Virus record (IMG/VR): IMGVR_UViG_3300025828_000024
Span: 1-62,279 of that record
Length of the DNA: 62,279 nt
Origin: a virus
Taxonomy: Duplodnaviria > Caudoviricetes
Direction: 5' to 3' (one strand)
Part shown: positions 10,630-20,402 of the stretch, piece after piece
Position numbering within the stretch: position 1 is the first letter of the stretch
Layout: every line of letters starts with the position of its first letter
Made by a program: the position numbers and the translations under genes
Notes under the pieces: generated by a model
Databases searched by the model: none
Seen by the model: only the letters and a program-made list of their open reading frames with translations
Told to the model about the DNA's origin: nothing

Positions 10630-11781
10630 ATGCTTACCCAACGCCCCATAGCCAGCGCCCCGATAGGCGCGTCTGGTAATTCTGCTTTCAATATTGATTT
10701 GGTCAGCGGCACCTTTACGCTCAGTATGCATGGTGCTGCAAAGCTAATTACAAATGTCAAAGAAACAGGCGTATTTACCTTAGACGGTAGAGCTATAACA
10801 TTCACAATAGCGCTGAATGTAAACGCCGACTCTGGTTCGTTTGCCTTAACTGGACAAGACGTGAACCTAAGACGCGGCAAGGTTATGACCGCTGATAGCG
10901 GCTCGTTTACTTATACGGGCTATGCTATTGGAAACCAAATAGCGTTGAGTGTTGACCTAGCGTCAGGCACATTCACAATAACTGATCAGGATGCTGCAGT
11001 AACCGCACAGCTAAACATGGATGCGGATTCTGGTACGTTTACTTATACTGGTCAGACTATCAGAAGGCAGCGTACTGAGGTAACTCAATCAGGAACCTTC
11101 ACACTTACAGGACAAGATGTAGGCACCCGTATAGCCTTAAATGAATCTCTTGAGGCTGGCTCCTTCTCCATAACAGGACGAGATATAACTGGCGATATAA
11201 CTGAAGTTGTTACGTCTGGTTCATTTACCTTAACTGGTAATGATGCTGATTTCGCAAAGGCAATGAATATAGATGCGGCTTCGGGATCGTTCTCTCTTGC
11301 GGGTCAGGATGCTTCATTTGCTATAGCAATGAATGTCGATTTGGACTCTGGTACGTTTGTTCTTACTGGGCAAGATATTACCGAAGACATTACTGAAGTC
11401 ATAGAGGCTGGATCATTTATCCTTACAGGGCAAGATGCTTCTGTTAATGCGCAGCTAAATATTTCTGCTGATTCAGGTTCGTTTACACTGACAGGCCAAG
11501 ACGCGACATTTGTTGTTGCCATCACTATGAGCGCAGAGAGTGGAACATTTGTTCTAACTGGTCAGGATATACCGAAGTCCATCTCAGAACTCCTAGAGTC
11601 TGGAACATTTACATATACTGGTCAGGATATATCGTTCAAGCAAGGTGTGTTCTCTGGCAGCTTTGAACTTGTTGTTGGCTTATCAAGTGTCACTGTCTAT
11701 GGTGAACTTATCCCAAGTCAGAATCCAAACTATACAGATATAACAAATTCAGATGATCCAAACTGGCAACTTGTTGCTTAA
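10630..11781 (+). CDS. Beta-repeat virion protein
   Basis: More than 10 xSG[ST]FxxTGQD repeats. Confidence 0.75.
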   Translation: MLTQRPIASAPIGASGNSAFNIDLVSGTFTLSMHGAAKLITNVKETGVFTLDGRAITFTIALNVNADSGSFALTGQDVNLRRGKVMTADSGSFTYTGYAIGNQIALSVDLASGTFTITDQDAAVTAQLNMDADSGTFTYTGQTIRRQRTEVTQSGTFTLTGQDVGTRIALNESLEAGSFSITGRDITGDITEVVTSGSFTLTGNDADFAKAMNIDAASGSFSLAGQDASFAIAMNVDLDSGTFVLTGQDITEDITEVIEAGSFILTGQDASVNAQLNISADSGSFTLTGQDATFVVAITMSAESGTFVLTGQDIPKSISELLESGTFTYTGQDISFKQGVFSGSFELVVGLSSVTVYGELIPSQNPNYTDITNSDDPNWQLVA

Positions 11782-11848
11782 AACTCAAATTGCACGTATA
11801 CTTTGTGCAACTCAAATTAGTTCAATAGAACTTTAGAGAAGGTTCGAT

Positions 11849-13120
11849 ATGGCTTCATATACAAATATCAGTGGCGTCAAACTTATAACAACTGGCGATG
11901 AAGCTGGTACGTGGGGGGCCAGTACAAACACAAACTTAGAGATATTAGACGCTGCGTCTAAAGGTTTTAAGAAGATTACCATGACAGACGCAGACTATAC
12001 TCTGCCTCTGGACAACAACCCTAGTGCCGTTGAGAATGGTCATTATGCAGGTATTGAGTTTGCTGGTGCCAACTCTGCCGAAAGAACTATCACACTAGAG
12101 CAAAACGATCATACACTTGTATATACGTTCCTTAATAACACAGGTCAGAACTTAGTTATTAAGCAGGGCGATGGGTCTGGTGGAACGGTTACGATAGCTG
12201 ATGGCTTTAGTGCTATGGTATTCTGTGATGGCGCTGGCACTGGGGCAAAGGTTACGGATGTATCTTCGGCAGCTAAGGCTCAAGCTTTAGCAAACTCAAG
12301 AAACTTTTCTATTACTGGTGATATCACAGCGGCAGCGGTTGCATTTGATGGCACGGGTAACGTGGCTTTAAGTGCTGCAATAACAGCCGATACGATTGTA
12401 AACGCTGATATCAAGTCGGACGCTGCGATTGCAGACACCAAGCTGGCAACAATATCTACAGCAAGTAAAGTCTCAAACTCAGCTACGACTGCAACGGATG
12501 CTAACACTGCGAGTGCTATTGTTGCGCGGGACGCTAGTGGAAACTTTAGTGCTGGAACAGTTACCGCAGCTTTAACTGGTAACGTCACAGGTAACGTGAC
12601 GGGTAACGTGACTGGTAATGTTACAGGAGATTTAACAGGTAATGTGACGGGCAATGTGACTGGATCGTCTGGCTCAACAACAGGAAACGCCGCTACTGCC
12701 ACAGCGTTACAGACCGCAAGAACTATTGCGGGCCAATCTTTTAATGGAACCGCAAATATATCAATAGCTCCAACAGACTTAACAGGCGTAACTTCTACCG
12801 CAGCAGAGATAAACATCTTAGATGGAGCAACTCTTACGACTACTGAGTTGAATTATGTGGATGGAGTTACATCTGCAATTCAAACTCAGCTTGATGCTAA
12901 AGCCGCTTTAGCTGGTGCCAGTTTTACTGGAGCTGTGGATGTAGACGCTGCCGTAACGGCAAATAGCTTTGCCCTTGATAATGGCGCAAACGACTGGACG
13001 TTCGAAGTTTCTTCTAACAAGCTAATTATTAAATATAGTGGCACCGCCAAGATGGAACTTGATACATCAGGAAACTTAAAGGTCACTGGTGATGTGACAG
13101 CATTTGGAACAATAAGCTAA
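11849..13120 (+). CDS. Tail fibre protein
   Basis: GTWGxxTNTNL N-terminus, (GNVT)n, ATATALQTARTI, GDVTAF C-terminus. Confidence 0.8.
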   Translation: MASYTNISGVKLITTGDEAGTWGASTNTNLEILDAASKGFKKITMTDADYTLPLDNNPSAVENGHYAGIEFAGANSAERTITLEQNDHTLVYTFLNNTGQNLVIKQGDGSGGTVTIADGFSAMVFCDGAGTGAKVTDVSSAAKAQALANSRNFSITGDITAAAVAFDGTGNVALSAAITADTIVNADIKSDAAIADTKLATISTASKVSNSATTATDANTASAIVARDASGNFSAGTVTAALTGNVTGNVTGNVTGNVTGDLTGNVTGNVTGSSGSTTGNAATATALQTARTIAGQSFNGTANISIAPTDLTGVTSTAAEINILDGATLTTTELNYVDGVTSAIQTQLDAKAALAGASFTGAVDVDAAVTANSFALDNGANDWTFEVSSNKLIIKYSGTAKMELDTSGNLKVTGDVTAFGTIS

Positions 13121-14151
13121 TGGCTCTACCCTCTTCAGGCACAATATCTTTAGGTGACATCCAAACTGAGTTTGGCGGCACTAATCCTATTAGTATGTCT
13201 GAATACTATCGTGGGGGTTCTTTTGTTACCGACAACAACACTAATGTGCCAACATCTGGAACCATAGATTTCTCTGATTTTTATGATGGGGTAAAACAGT
13301 TTAGTTACACATTCTCTTCCAACACACAAGAGGTTGATTTAAACACCACTCTTACTTCTGCTGGATGGAATGGGTCCGACGTTGTTCTCGTAACTATAAA
13401 CAGCGGCGTTTATATTTGGTCAGATAGTACATCAACGGCTGCTTTAACTATTTCATCTGCCCTGAATGGACTGCTTACCATTACAAACAACGGGTATATT
13501 ATTGGTCGTGGTGGCGGCGGCGGTACTGGGTCAAGTGGCGCATCGCAAAACGGGGCAAATGGTGGTGCAGCTATATCTAATAGTGCAACGGGTGTCACGC
13601 TAACAAACGCTTTAGGCGCATTTATTGCGGGGGGTGGCGGCGGCGGCGGTGCGGCAGCGCGAAATGGTCGTGTTGCAGGTGGCGGCGGTGGCGCGGGTGG
13701 CGGAGCAGGGGGCGCAGGTGGGTCACAGGCAGGTGGTGCAGGTGGGACAATTGGACTAGCAGGAAGTAACGGCGTGGATGCAGGCGGTCCAAGTCAAGCC
13801 GCTGGTGGTTCTGGCGGCGGTTCTGGCGGCGGCGGTGCGCAGTCTGACGGTGATGGAAGCGATCAAGGTGAAGCTGGCGGCGGCGGAGGCGGTCGCATAT
13901 TGCCAGGTACAGGCGGTGCTGGCGGAAACGATGGTTCTTTCTTTCGTGGTGGTGACGGTGGGGATGCGGGCAGCGCAGGAAGCAACGGCACTGGCTCTGG
14001 CGGTGGCGGAGGCGGGGGCGGCTGGGGTGCTAGTGGCGGAAACGGCAGTGGTGACACTCAAGGTAGCGGCGGTACTGGTGGTGCAGCTATCTCAGGTACA
14101 GCCATTGCTACATACACTAACAACGGCACAGTTTATGGATCAACAGCATGA
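13120..14151 (+). CDS. Glycine-rich receptor-binding adhesin (T-even gp38-like)
   Basis: ITNNGYIIGRGGGGG, many polyglycine runs, NNGTVYGS end. Confidence 0.75.
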   Translation: MALPSSGTISLGDIQTEFGGTNPISMSEYYRGGSFVTDNNTNVPTSGTIDFSDFYDGVKQFSYTFSSNTQEVDLNTTLTSAGWNGSDVVLVTINSGVYIWSDSTSTAALTISSALNGLLTITNNGYIIGRGGGGGTGSSGASQNGANGGAAISNSATGVTLTNALGAFIAGGGGGGGAAARNGRVAGGGGGAGGGAGGAGGSQAGGAGGTIGLAGSNGVDAGGPSQAAGGSGGGSGGGGAQSDGDGSDQGEAGGGGGGRILPGTGGAGGNDGSFFRGGDGGDAGSAGSNGTGSGGGGGGGGWGASGGNGSGDTQGSGGTGGAAISGTAIATYTNNGTVYGSTA

Positions 14152-16346
14152 GTTTTACAGAGCTAAGATTTAAACCTGGGATCAATAAAGAAATAACTCC
14201 GTATTCTGAAGAAAACGGATGGGTGAATTGTGACAAAGTTAGGTTTCGTTTTGGTTATCCAGAAAAGTTAAATGGTTGGGAAAAGAATAGTACAAATTCT
14301 TTTCTTGGAAATTGCCGTGGCCTTCATGAATGGGTTGCTCTCAGTGGTGAAAAGTTTTTAGGTGTTGGTACACAGTTAAAATACTACATAAAGCAAGGTA
14401 CTGATTACAACGATATCACACCTATAAGGCTTACGACTGGTGCGGGCGATGTTACTTTTGCAGCCACCAATGGGTCTTCTACTATTACGGTCACAGAAGT
14501 GAACCACGGTGCCGTTGAGAATGATTTCGTTACGTTTAGTGGGGCAGCTAGTCTAGGCGGCAACATTACCGCAGATATACTAAATCAAGAGTATCAAATT
14601 GTAAGCATTACTGACGGTAACACATATACAATCCAAGCCAGAACTGTAAGTACGATATCTAGTATAACAGAAAACGGAGCGCTGAACCCCACGTTAGTCA
14701 CGGCAGATTCTAGTGATACAGGAAATGGCGGTGCATCTGTAGTTGGCGCATACCAAATAGGCACAGGTCTTAATTCTTCTGTTGCTGGCACTGGTTGGGG
14801 CGCAGGTTTGTTTGGCGGTACTAACAACGGCGCACTACAGACAACTCTCAATGAAGGTGGGACACTTAGTGACAGCGATACTACAATTACTGTTACGTCT
14901 GCCACGGGGATTGCAGCAAGCGATGTAATCTTAATCGGTGGAACTGAGCTTGTTTTGGTTGGTGGGGTTAGCTCAAATGATCTTACTGGATGTACTCGTG
15001 GTCACAATGGCACACCCGCTTCATCTCACGCAGATGGTTCTGTAGTTCGCCTAACAGAGGGCAATGCCGATAGCGCAGACGATTTTAATGGGTGGGGCGA
15101 GGGCGTTGCCACAGGCACTCAAACAGCCACAACAGGTCTAAGAATATGGTCACATGACAATTTCGGAGAAGACTTGATCTTCAACGAGCGCAACGGTCAA
15201 GTGTTCTACTGGGATAAAACAAATGGCGTGACAACTCGTGGTGTAGAGCTTTCCACACTTTCAGGAACGCCACGGTCTGTTCCGCAAAAGTGCGCTCAAA
15301 TCTTGCTGTCGGACAGAGACAGGCACGTAATTGCTTTTGGCTCTGATGGCTTGGGCGCTTCATCTGATACGCAGGGCGATGGCACACAAGACCCCATGCT
15401 GATTAGATTCTCTAGTCAGGAAAACCCAATAGACTGGTATCCAACAGATACAAACACCGCTGGTGATTTGAGGATCGATACAGGATCAAGGATTGTTCAG
15501 GCTGTTGAGACACGCCAACAAATCGCTGTATTTACAGATACCGCTGTGTACGCCATGCAGTTTATTGGTCCACCTTTTACCTTTGGTATAAATTTAGTTT
15601 CGTCAAACATAACTATCGCAAGTCCAAAAGCAGCCATCGCTGTAAACGATATTGTTTATTGGATGGGCAATGCAGAATTCTACAGCTATGCGGGTGCGGT
15701 TCAAAGAATACCATGCACTGTTCGTGATTACGTCTTTGATGACTTCAATACCAGCCAGATAGAAAAGGTTGTAGCGGGTTCAAACGTATCGTTTGCAGAG
15801 GTTTGGTGGTTCTATCCATCTGCGGATTCAGAAGAAAACGATAGGTATGTAGTCTACAACTACCAAGAAAACATTTGGTATATCGGCACACTATCAAGAA
15901 CAGCTTGGCTAGATCGTGGAATTAGTAGCTTGCCAGTTGCTACGGGCAATGATGGGTATTTGTACAATCATGAAACAGGTGCAAAAGCTGACGGTCAAGC
16001 AATGACTGCCTACATAGAATCTGGGGATATGGGTATTTCTGACGGCAACAACTTCAGCTTTATAAGCCGTGTCATACCTGACTTAAACTTTAGAGAAACT
16101 AACGTAAACGATACCACGGTAAACTTTGTATTGAATGCAAAAAATGCCCCAGGTCAGGTCAATCAACAGACTGACACAAACACAGTTACAAAGACATCTA
16201 ATGTTCCAGTTGACCAATACACGAACCAGTATCAGACTAGGTTGAGAGGTAGAAGTTTTACCTTCAAGGTAGAATCAACCGATGCAGATGTGCTATGGAG
16301 ACTTGGAATCCCAAGGATAGACATAAGGCAGGACGGTAGAAGATGA
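14148..16346 (+). CDS. Tail tubular / head stabilisation (nozzle) protein
   Basis: Size, position, beta-propeller-like content (IRFSSQE, EVWWFYP, RTAW). Confidence 0.65.
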   Translation: MSFTELRFKPGINKEITPYSEENGWVNCDKVRFRFGYPEKLNGWEKNSTNSFLGNCRGLHEWVALSGEKFLGVGTQLKYYIKQGTDYNDITPIRLTTGAGDVTFAATNGSSTITVTEVNHGAVENDFVTFSGAASLGGNITADILNQEYQIVSITDGNTYTIQARTVSTISSITENGALNPTLVTADSSDTGNGGASVVGAYQIGTGLNSSVAGTGWGAGLFGGTNNGALQTTLNEGGTLSDSDTTITVTSATGIAASDVILIGGTELVLVGGVSSNDLTGCTRGHNGTPASSHADGSVVRLTEGNADSADDFNGWGEGVATGTQTATTGLRIWSHDNFGEDLIFNERNGQVFYWDKTNGVTTRGVELSTLSGTPRSVPQKCAQILLSDRDRHVIAFGSDGLGASSDTQGDGTQDPMLIRFSSQENPIDWYPTDTNTAGDLRIDTGSRIVQAVETRQQIAVFTDTAVYAMQFIGPPFTFGINLVSSNITIASPKAAIAVNDIVYWMGNAEFYSYAGAVQRIPCTVRDYVFDDFNTSQIEKVVAGSNVSFAEVWWFYPSADSEENDRYVVYNYQENIWYIGTLSRTAWLDRGISSLPVATGNDGYLYNHETGAKADGQAMTAYIESGDMGISDGNNFSFISRVIPDLNFRETNVNDTTVNFVLNAKNAPGQVNQQTDTNTVTKTSNVPVDQYTNQYQTRLRGRSFTFKVESTDADVLWRLGIPRIDIRQDGRR

Positions 16347-16741
16347 GTATAGCACCAGTACCATATTTTCCTGTGCCACCTGTACAGTATTCGCCACAGT
16401 ACATGGCAGAGGTCACGAGGGCGTTTGCTACTTTTGCGCTGCAGATGACAAACCCTGCCATAGCAAAACCTGTGCTTATAGAGATTCCAACGTCTGCTCA
16501 GTCTGGTGACGAGGTGGGGACCGTTTACGAGACCGAAGGCGTACTGAGAATAAAATCCGCTACATCCGCTGACAATACTGTTGGCATACCATTACCAAGT
16601 TATACGGTGGCTACGTTGCCAACTGTGGAGACAGGCACACTAATATACGTTTCTGATGGGGCTGCTGGCAGTCCTGTTGTTGCGTTTGGTGACGGGTCCA
16701 ACTGGCTGCGTGTCGATACTAGAGCCGCCGTTTCTACTTAG
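16343..16741 (+). CDS. Hypothetical tail protein
   Basis: ATGA overlap; YTVATLP...IYVSD...DGSNW C-terminus. Confidence 0.65.
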   Translation: MSIAPVPYFPVPPVQYSPQYMAEVTRAFATFALQMTNPAIAKPVLIEIPTSAQSGDEVGTVYETEGVLRIKSATSADNTVGIPLPSYTVATLPTVETGTLIYVSDGAAGSPVVAFGDGSNWLRVDTRAAVST

Positions 16742-16750
16742 GAGATCACT

Positions 16751-16966
16751 ATGGCACACACGATTATAGACAACTACAAGGTTTTCCCCAGACTGATGAT
16801 GTTGGTTGTAACTATACTGACCTATCAAAGCGTCCACTGGTATATGTCTTTGCCTGATCCAACCAATGGGCAGGCTGGTCTTGTATCTGTCTGCATGGGC
16901 GCACTCACTGGCTGCTTCGGCATCTGGATGAACAAAGAAGCTAAGACAGATCGCGGAGTAGTATAA
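16751..16966 (+). CDS. Small two-TM membrane protein (holin/antiholin-like)
   Basis: Two hydrophobic segments; near the endolysin. Confidence 0.6.
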   Translation: MAHTIIDNYKVFPRLMMLVVTILTYQSVHWYMSLPDPTNGQAGLVSVCMGALTGCFGIWMNKEAKTDRGVV

Positions 16967-17640
16967 TGCCACTCGTTATTCAGTCAGGACAACCAGTTTC
17001 ACAGGGTGTTTATACGGCACCAACCTCTCCGAAACCGCCAGAGCCAAAGGAAAAGAAGGGTGGTATCTTTAATAGTGGGTACATCAGTTTCAAAGATATG
17101 TTTGATGGCGGTGGCCCAGGCCGTAGTGGTGCTAGATTTTCTAGCGCAGATACAGGTGCATACGACACTAACAAAGACAACTACATATCTGAAGCCGAAT
17201 ACGCTGCAGCATCAAGCAGTCCAAATTTCTCACAGACTCAAGGCGGTATAGCAGCCTTATCAAACTTTATTGGAGCCAGACCTCGTGGTTCATATGGACG
17301 TGAACGCGCTCTTGGCCCAAGCGGAACCAACATTGGCACATCAGGTATTGCAAATTACATTGCTGGCGGCGGAATGTTTGGACCTATGCTTGGTGGTGGA
17401 CCTACTAGATTTCAGCAAGCATACCCAGAAATGGATCAAGGCAAGATGTTCACCATCCAAAACTTGATAGCTTCTGGAATGACACCAGAACAGGCTGCGG
17501 CATATGTCGGAGCTAACAATACTGGAGGCTCTATCATAAAGCCTATGCTCAAACCAACAGTAGGTATGAACATGGGCGGCTTGATGGCATTACGTGACTA
17601 CAACATGGGTATGCAGATGGGCATGGGGCAGTCGGTATGA
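16966..17640 (+). CDS. Gly/Met-rich protein with an EF-hand-like loop
   Basis: TAATG coupling; DTNKDNYISEAE. Confidence 0.65.
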   Translation: MPLVIQSGQPVSQGVYTAPTSPKPPEPKEKKGGIFNSGYISFKDMFDGGGPGRSGARFSSADTGAYDTNKDNYISEAEYAAASSSPNFSQTQGGIAALSNFIGARPRGSYGRERALGPSGTNIGTSGIANYIAGGGMFGPMLGGGPTRFQQAYPEMDQGKMFTIQNLIASGMTPEQAAAYVGANNTGGSIIKPMLKPTVGMNMGGLMALRDYNMGMQMGMGQSV

Positions 17641-18026
17641 TACAGGCACTGATAGGACCACTGACTGAACTAGCGGGTGGATGGCTCAAAGGCAAGGCTG
17701 ATGCGCAAGCTGCCGCTGCAAATCTGAAGCTTGTAGAGGCAGAAGCGAAAGCGACCATAATGAAGTCCGCCGCTACATCGGAAGCGGAGTGGGAAAAGAT
17801 CATGGCGCAAGGCACCATGAACTCGTGGAAAGACGAGTATCTGGTCTTACTTTTCAGTATTCCGCTAATCCTCTGTTTTACAGGAGATTGGGGGCGCACC
17901 ACGGTAGCAGAAGGCTTCGCTGCTTTGGAGACAATGCCAGAGTGGTATCAATATACGTTGGGTGTAATCGTAGCTAGTAGCTTTGCCGTGCGGTCAGCAA
18001 CTAAATTCTTTGGGGGTAAGAAATGA
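17637..18026 (+). CDS. Holin (GTA 3TM-like)
   Basis: SWKDEY...PEWYQY with TM segments; directly upstream of the endolysin. Confidence 0.7.
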   Translation: MIQALIGPLTELAGGWLKGKADAQAAAANLKLVEAEAKATIMKSAATSEAEWEKIMAQGTMNSWKDEYLVLLFSIPLILCFTGDWGRTTVAEGFAALETMPEWYQYTLGVIVASSFAVRSATKFFGGKK

Positions 18027-18496
18027 GTTTTAAGTTAAGCAGACGTAGCCTAGATCGTCTTGAGGGTATCGACGATAGACTACAAGAAGTTGTGAAGATG
18101 GCTATCACGCTCACGAAGACCGACTTCGGGGTGGTGCAAGGAATGAGAACCATCGAACAGCAGAAGGAGTTGGTTGCCAAAGGTGCCAGTAAAACGATGA
18201 AGTCGAAGCACCTTGAGGGTAAGGCTTTTGACATTATGGCCTTTGTAAATGGCAGAGCTAGTTGGGAATTGAATTTGTATGATGATCTAGCCGATGCAAT
18301 CAAGGAAGCTGCTATACATCTAGGCGTACCGATTTGTTGGGGTGCGGCATGGGGTACTGCTGATATGCCATATCCTATGGACATTCGTAAGTGGGATGGC
18401 ACAATGGAAGAAGCAATGAATGCCTACATAGACTTGCGTCGATCTCAAGGACGTAGACCGTTTATCGACGGACCACACTTTGAATTGATAGGTTAG
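18023..18496 (+). CDS. Endolysin, peptidase M15 (L-Ala-D-Glu) family
   Basis: GMRT...Q...SKHLEGKAFD...WG...DGPHFEL. Confidence 0.92.
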   Translation: MSFKLSRRSLDRLEGIDDRLQEVVKMAITLTKTDFGVVQGMRTIEQQKELVAKGASKTMKSKHLEGKAFDIMAFVNGRASWELNLYDDLADAIKEAAIHLGVPICWGAAWGTADMPYPMDIRKWDGTMEEAMNAYIDLRRSQGRRPFIDGPHFELIG

Positions 18497-18539
18497 TCGA
18501 ATGATGGTAAAGTGCAATTGAACTAATTGAGAGGTCTCA

Positions 18540-19982
18540 ATGTTACCGTTTCTTTTTAGCTTAGGACTGCCCGCTCTTGCTCCAAGTATAGGACTTGGTG
18601 GACTCTCTGGTGCCGCTCTTGCTGGCATGGGTGCTGGCCTTGGCTCTTTTCTTGAAACAGGTGACGTTGGTAAAGGCATAAAAACTGGTATGCTGTCTTT
18701 CTTGGGTGGCAAACTTCTAGGTGGCTTAGGCGGTGGTGTAGCGGGCTTAAAGGATACAGCGGCTGGCAATGCAGTGCTGTCAGGAAAAGCTCAGGCGGCT
18801 ATGAGTCAAGGTGCATTCCAAGAGGCAGTCAAAGCTGCTGGGACTAAGGTTCCATTCTCAGGAATACTTGGTGAAAACGTGGGTTCTGCCATTCTGCAAC
18901 CTGGGATTATGACTGCAGCAGGTCTAAGTTCTGCTGTAAGTGCAGCGCAGCAAGAGCCAGAAAAGGGAAAAGATGGTGAAAGATTTGAACCACCTCTACC
19001 AACATCGCTAAAAAGACAGGTAACTATAGGTGATCCTCTCGAAGGTTCTGGTGAGCAAACTTACTTTGACTACACGTATAGTCCAGACCCTACGCTTGAA
19101 TATCCATATATAGATTACGGTACTTTGCAGGAGAAAAACCGCGAGGTTAAAGGAATGTATTTGGGTGGTATTGCAAGTGTAGGTGGAGGCCACCCTATGT
19201 TTATGGGTTTAGGAAGAGGTATAAGCAGCGCTCTTTCTCAATCTCAAGGTCCAAAAATACAAGCGTTTGTGCAAAAAGTTGAGAACGATGCACGATCAGA
19301 GTTTGGCGATGACTTATTTCAAGCACCTCAAGTAGCCACTCAAATTCCTACTCAAATGCCTATGAATCGTTTACAGCCAGCGATACCTACGGAACCTATG
19401 AATGCACTTGAGCAAGCGCAGCAAGCTAGAAATAGTAGTGTTCTCTCAGGACTTTACAATTCTGGCAAAGGAGCTGGGTTGGTCAACGCGGAAGCTATAC
19501 CAGTTAATGCAATGGCTCGCCCCGCGAATATGTTCCAGAGTGCATTGGGCATGGCTGAAGGTGGTGAAGTGGAATCCATGAATGAGAAAGATATCATTCT
19601 AGAATCCATCAAAGCCATAAAGGGAATGAAGGAAGACGCAGAAGCTCAAGAGATTTTGGGTGTATTCCTAGCGACATATGGTGAAGAAGCTCTTCGTGAT
19701 CTAGTAAGCTCTGTTCAGTCTGGTGAGTTTGATGAAACTGTTGAGCGCTTTGAAAACGGTGAGAATGGAATCGTTCGTGGGCCTGGGGATGGTTCTGGAA
19801 GTGATGACAAAGTTCCTGCAACCTTAGATAATCAACAGGATGTCCTGTTGACGGAAGGCGAGTATGTCTTCCGCGAACCAACTACTGATGCGCTTACCAA
19901 GGCGTATGGTGGTGGCTTTTTAGATAAGATCAATGAAGCTGAAGGAGATGCACCAGAGGTGCTGAGAAAAATGGTGGGTTAA
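18540..19982 (+). CDS. Internal virion / ejection protein
   Basis: Gly/Ala-rich hydrophobic N-terminus; GPGDG..DD.VPA...LLTEGEYV C-terminus. Confidence 0.65.
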   Translation: MLPFLFSLGLPALAPSIGLGGLSGAALAGMGAGLGSFLETGDVGKGIKTGMLSFLGGKLLGGLGGGVAGLKDTAAGNAVLSGKAQAAMSQGAFQEAVKAAGTKVPFSGILGENVGSAILQPGIMTAAGLSSAVSAAQQEPEKGKDGERFEPPLPTSLKRQVTIGDPLEGSGEQTYFDYTYSPDPTLEYPYIDYGTLQEKNREVKGMYLGGIASVGGGHPMFMGLGRGISSALSQSQGPKIQAFVQKVENDARSEFGDDLFQAPQVATQIPTQMPMNRLQPAIPTEPMNALEQAQQARNSSVLSGLYNSGKGAGLVNAEAIPVNAMARPANMFQSALGMAEGGEVESMNEKDIILESIKAIKGMKEDAEAQEILGVFLATYGEEALRDLVSSVQSGEFDETVERFENGENGIVRGPGDGSGSDDKVPATLDNQQDVLLTEGEYVFREPTTDALTKAYGGGFLDKINEAEGDAPEVLRKMVG

Positions 19983-20402
19983 TTGAGAGTAAGTGCTGTT
20001 CCGAAGGAGGCGGTCAAGTACATATGGAAGGACGTTGAAAGGGTACTAGAGAAAAGTGTTGCTACGGCTGAAACAAAGATTCAGTTGATAGATGTTCTGA
20101 AAGGAATTCTGGACGACACTTATGTTCTTTGGGTAGTATTTGAGGAAGACGAGGTTGTTGCAGCATTTACTACTAGAATAATTGAGTATCCGCAGCGAAG
20201 AAGTATGGCACTTGATTGGGTAGGTGGAAGTAGAATGAAAGAATGGTTGGATATCGGTATGGAAAAGGTTATCGAATTTGCCTCTCTTAATAACTGCGAA
20301 CACCTAGAAGGCTATGGTCGTAAGGCTTGGGGGAGGGCTTTAAATAAATATGGGTTCTACCCAGAGTATATTGCGTTTCGCATGGAGATAGAAAATGGGT
20401 AA
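19983..20402 (+). CDS. Putative GNAT-fold protein
   Basis: WVGG..M..W...EGYGRKAW; typical location among ejection genes. Confidence 0.55.
   Translation: MRVSAVPKEAVKYIWKDVERVLEKSVATAETKIQLIDVLKGILDDTYVLWVVFEEDEVVAAFTTRIIEYPQRRSMALDWVGGSRMKEWLDIGMEKVIEFASLNNCEHLEGYGRKAWGRALNKYGFYPEYIAFRMEIENG

Noticed and set aside
12280-14173. Overlapping ORFs on the fibre and Gly-rich adhesin genes
   Set aside because: Shadows of low-complexity coding sequence
15597-15608. GTTTCGTCAAAC as the missing palindrome copy near 15 kb
   Set aside because: Arms and core differ from the consensus
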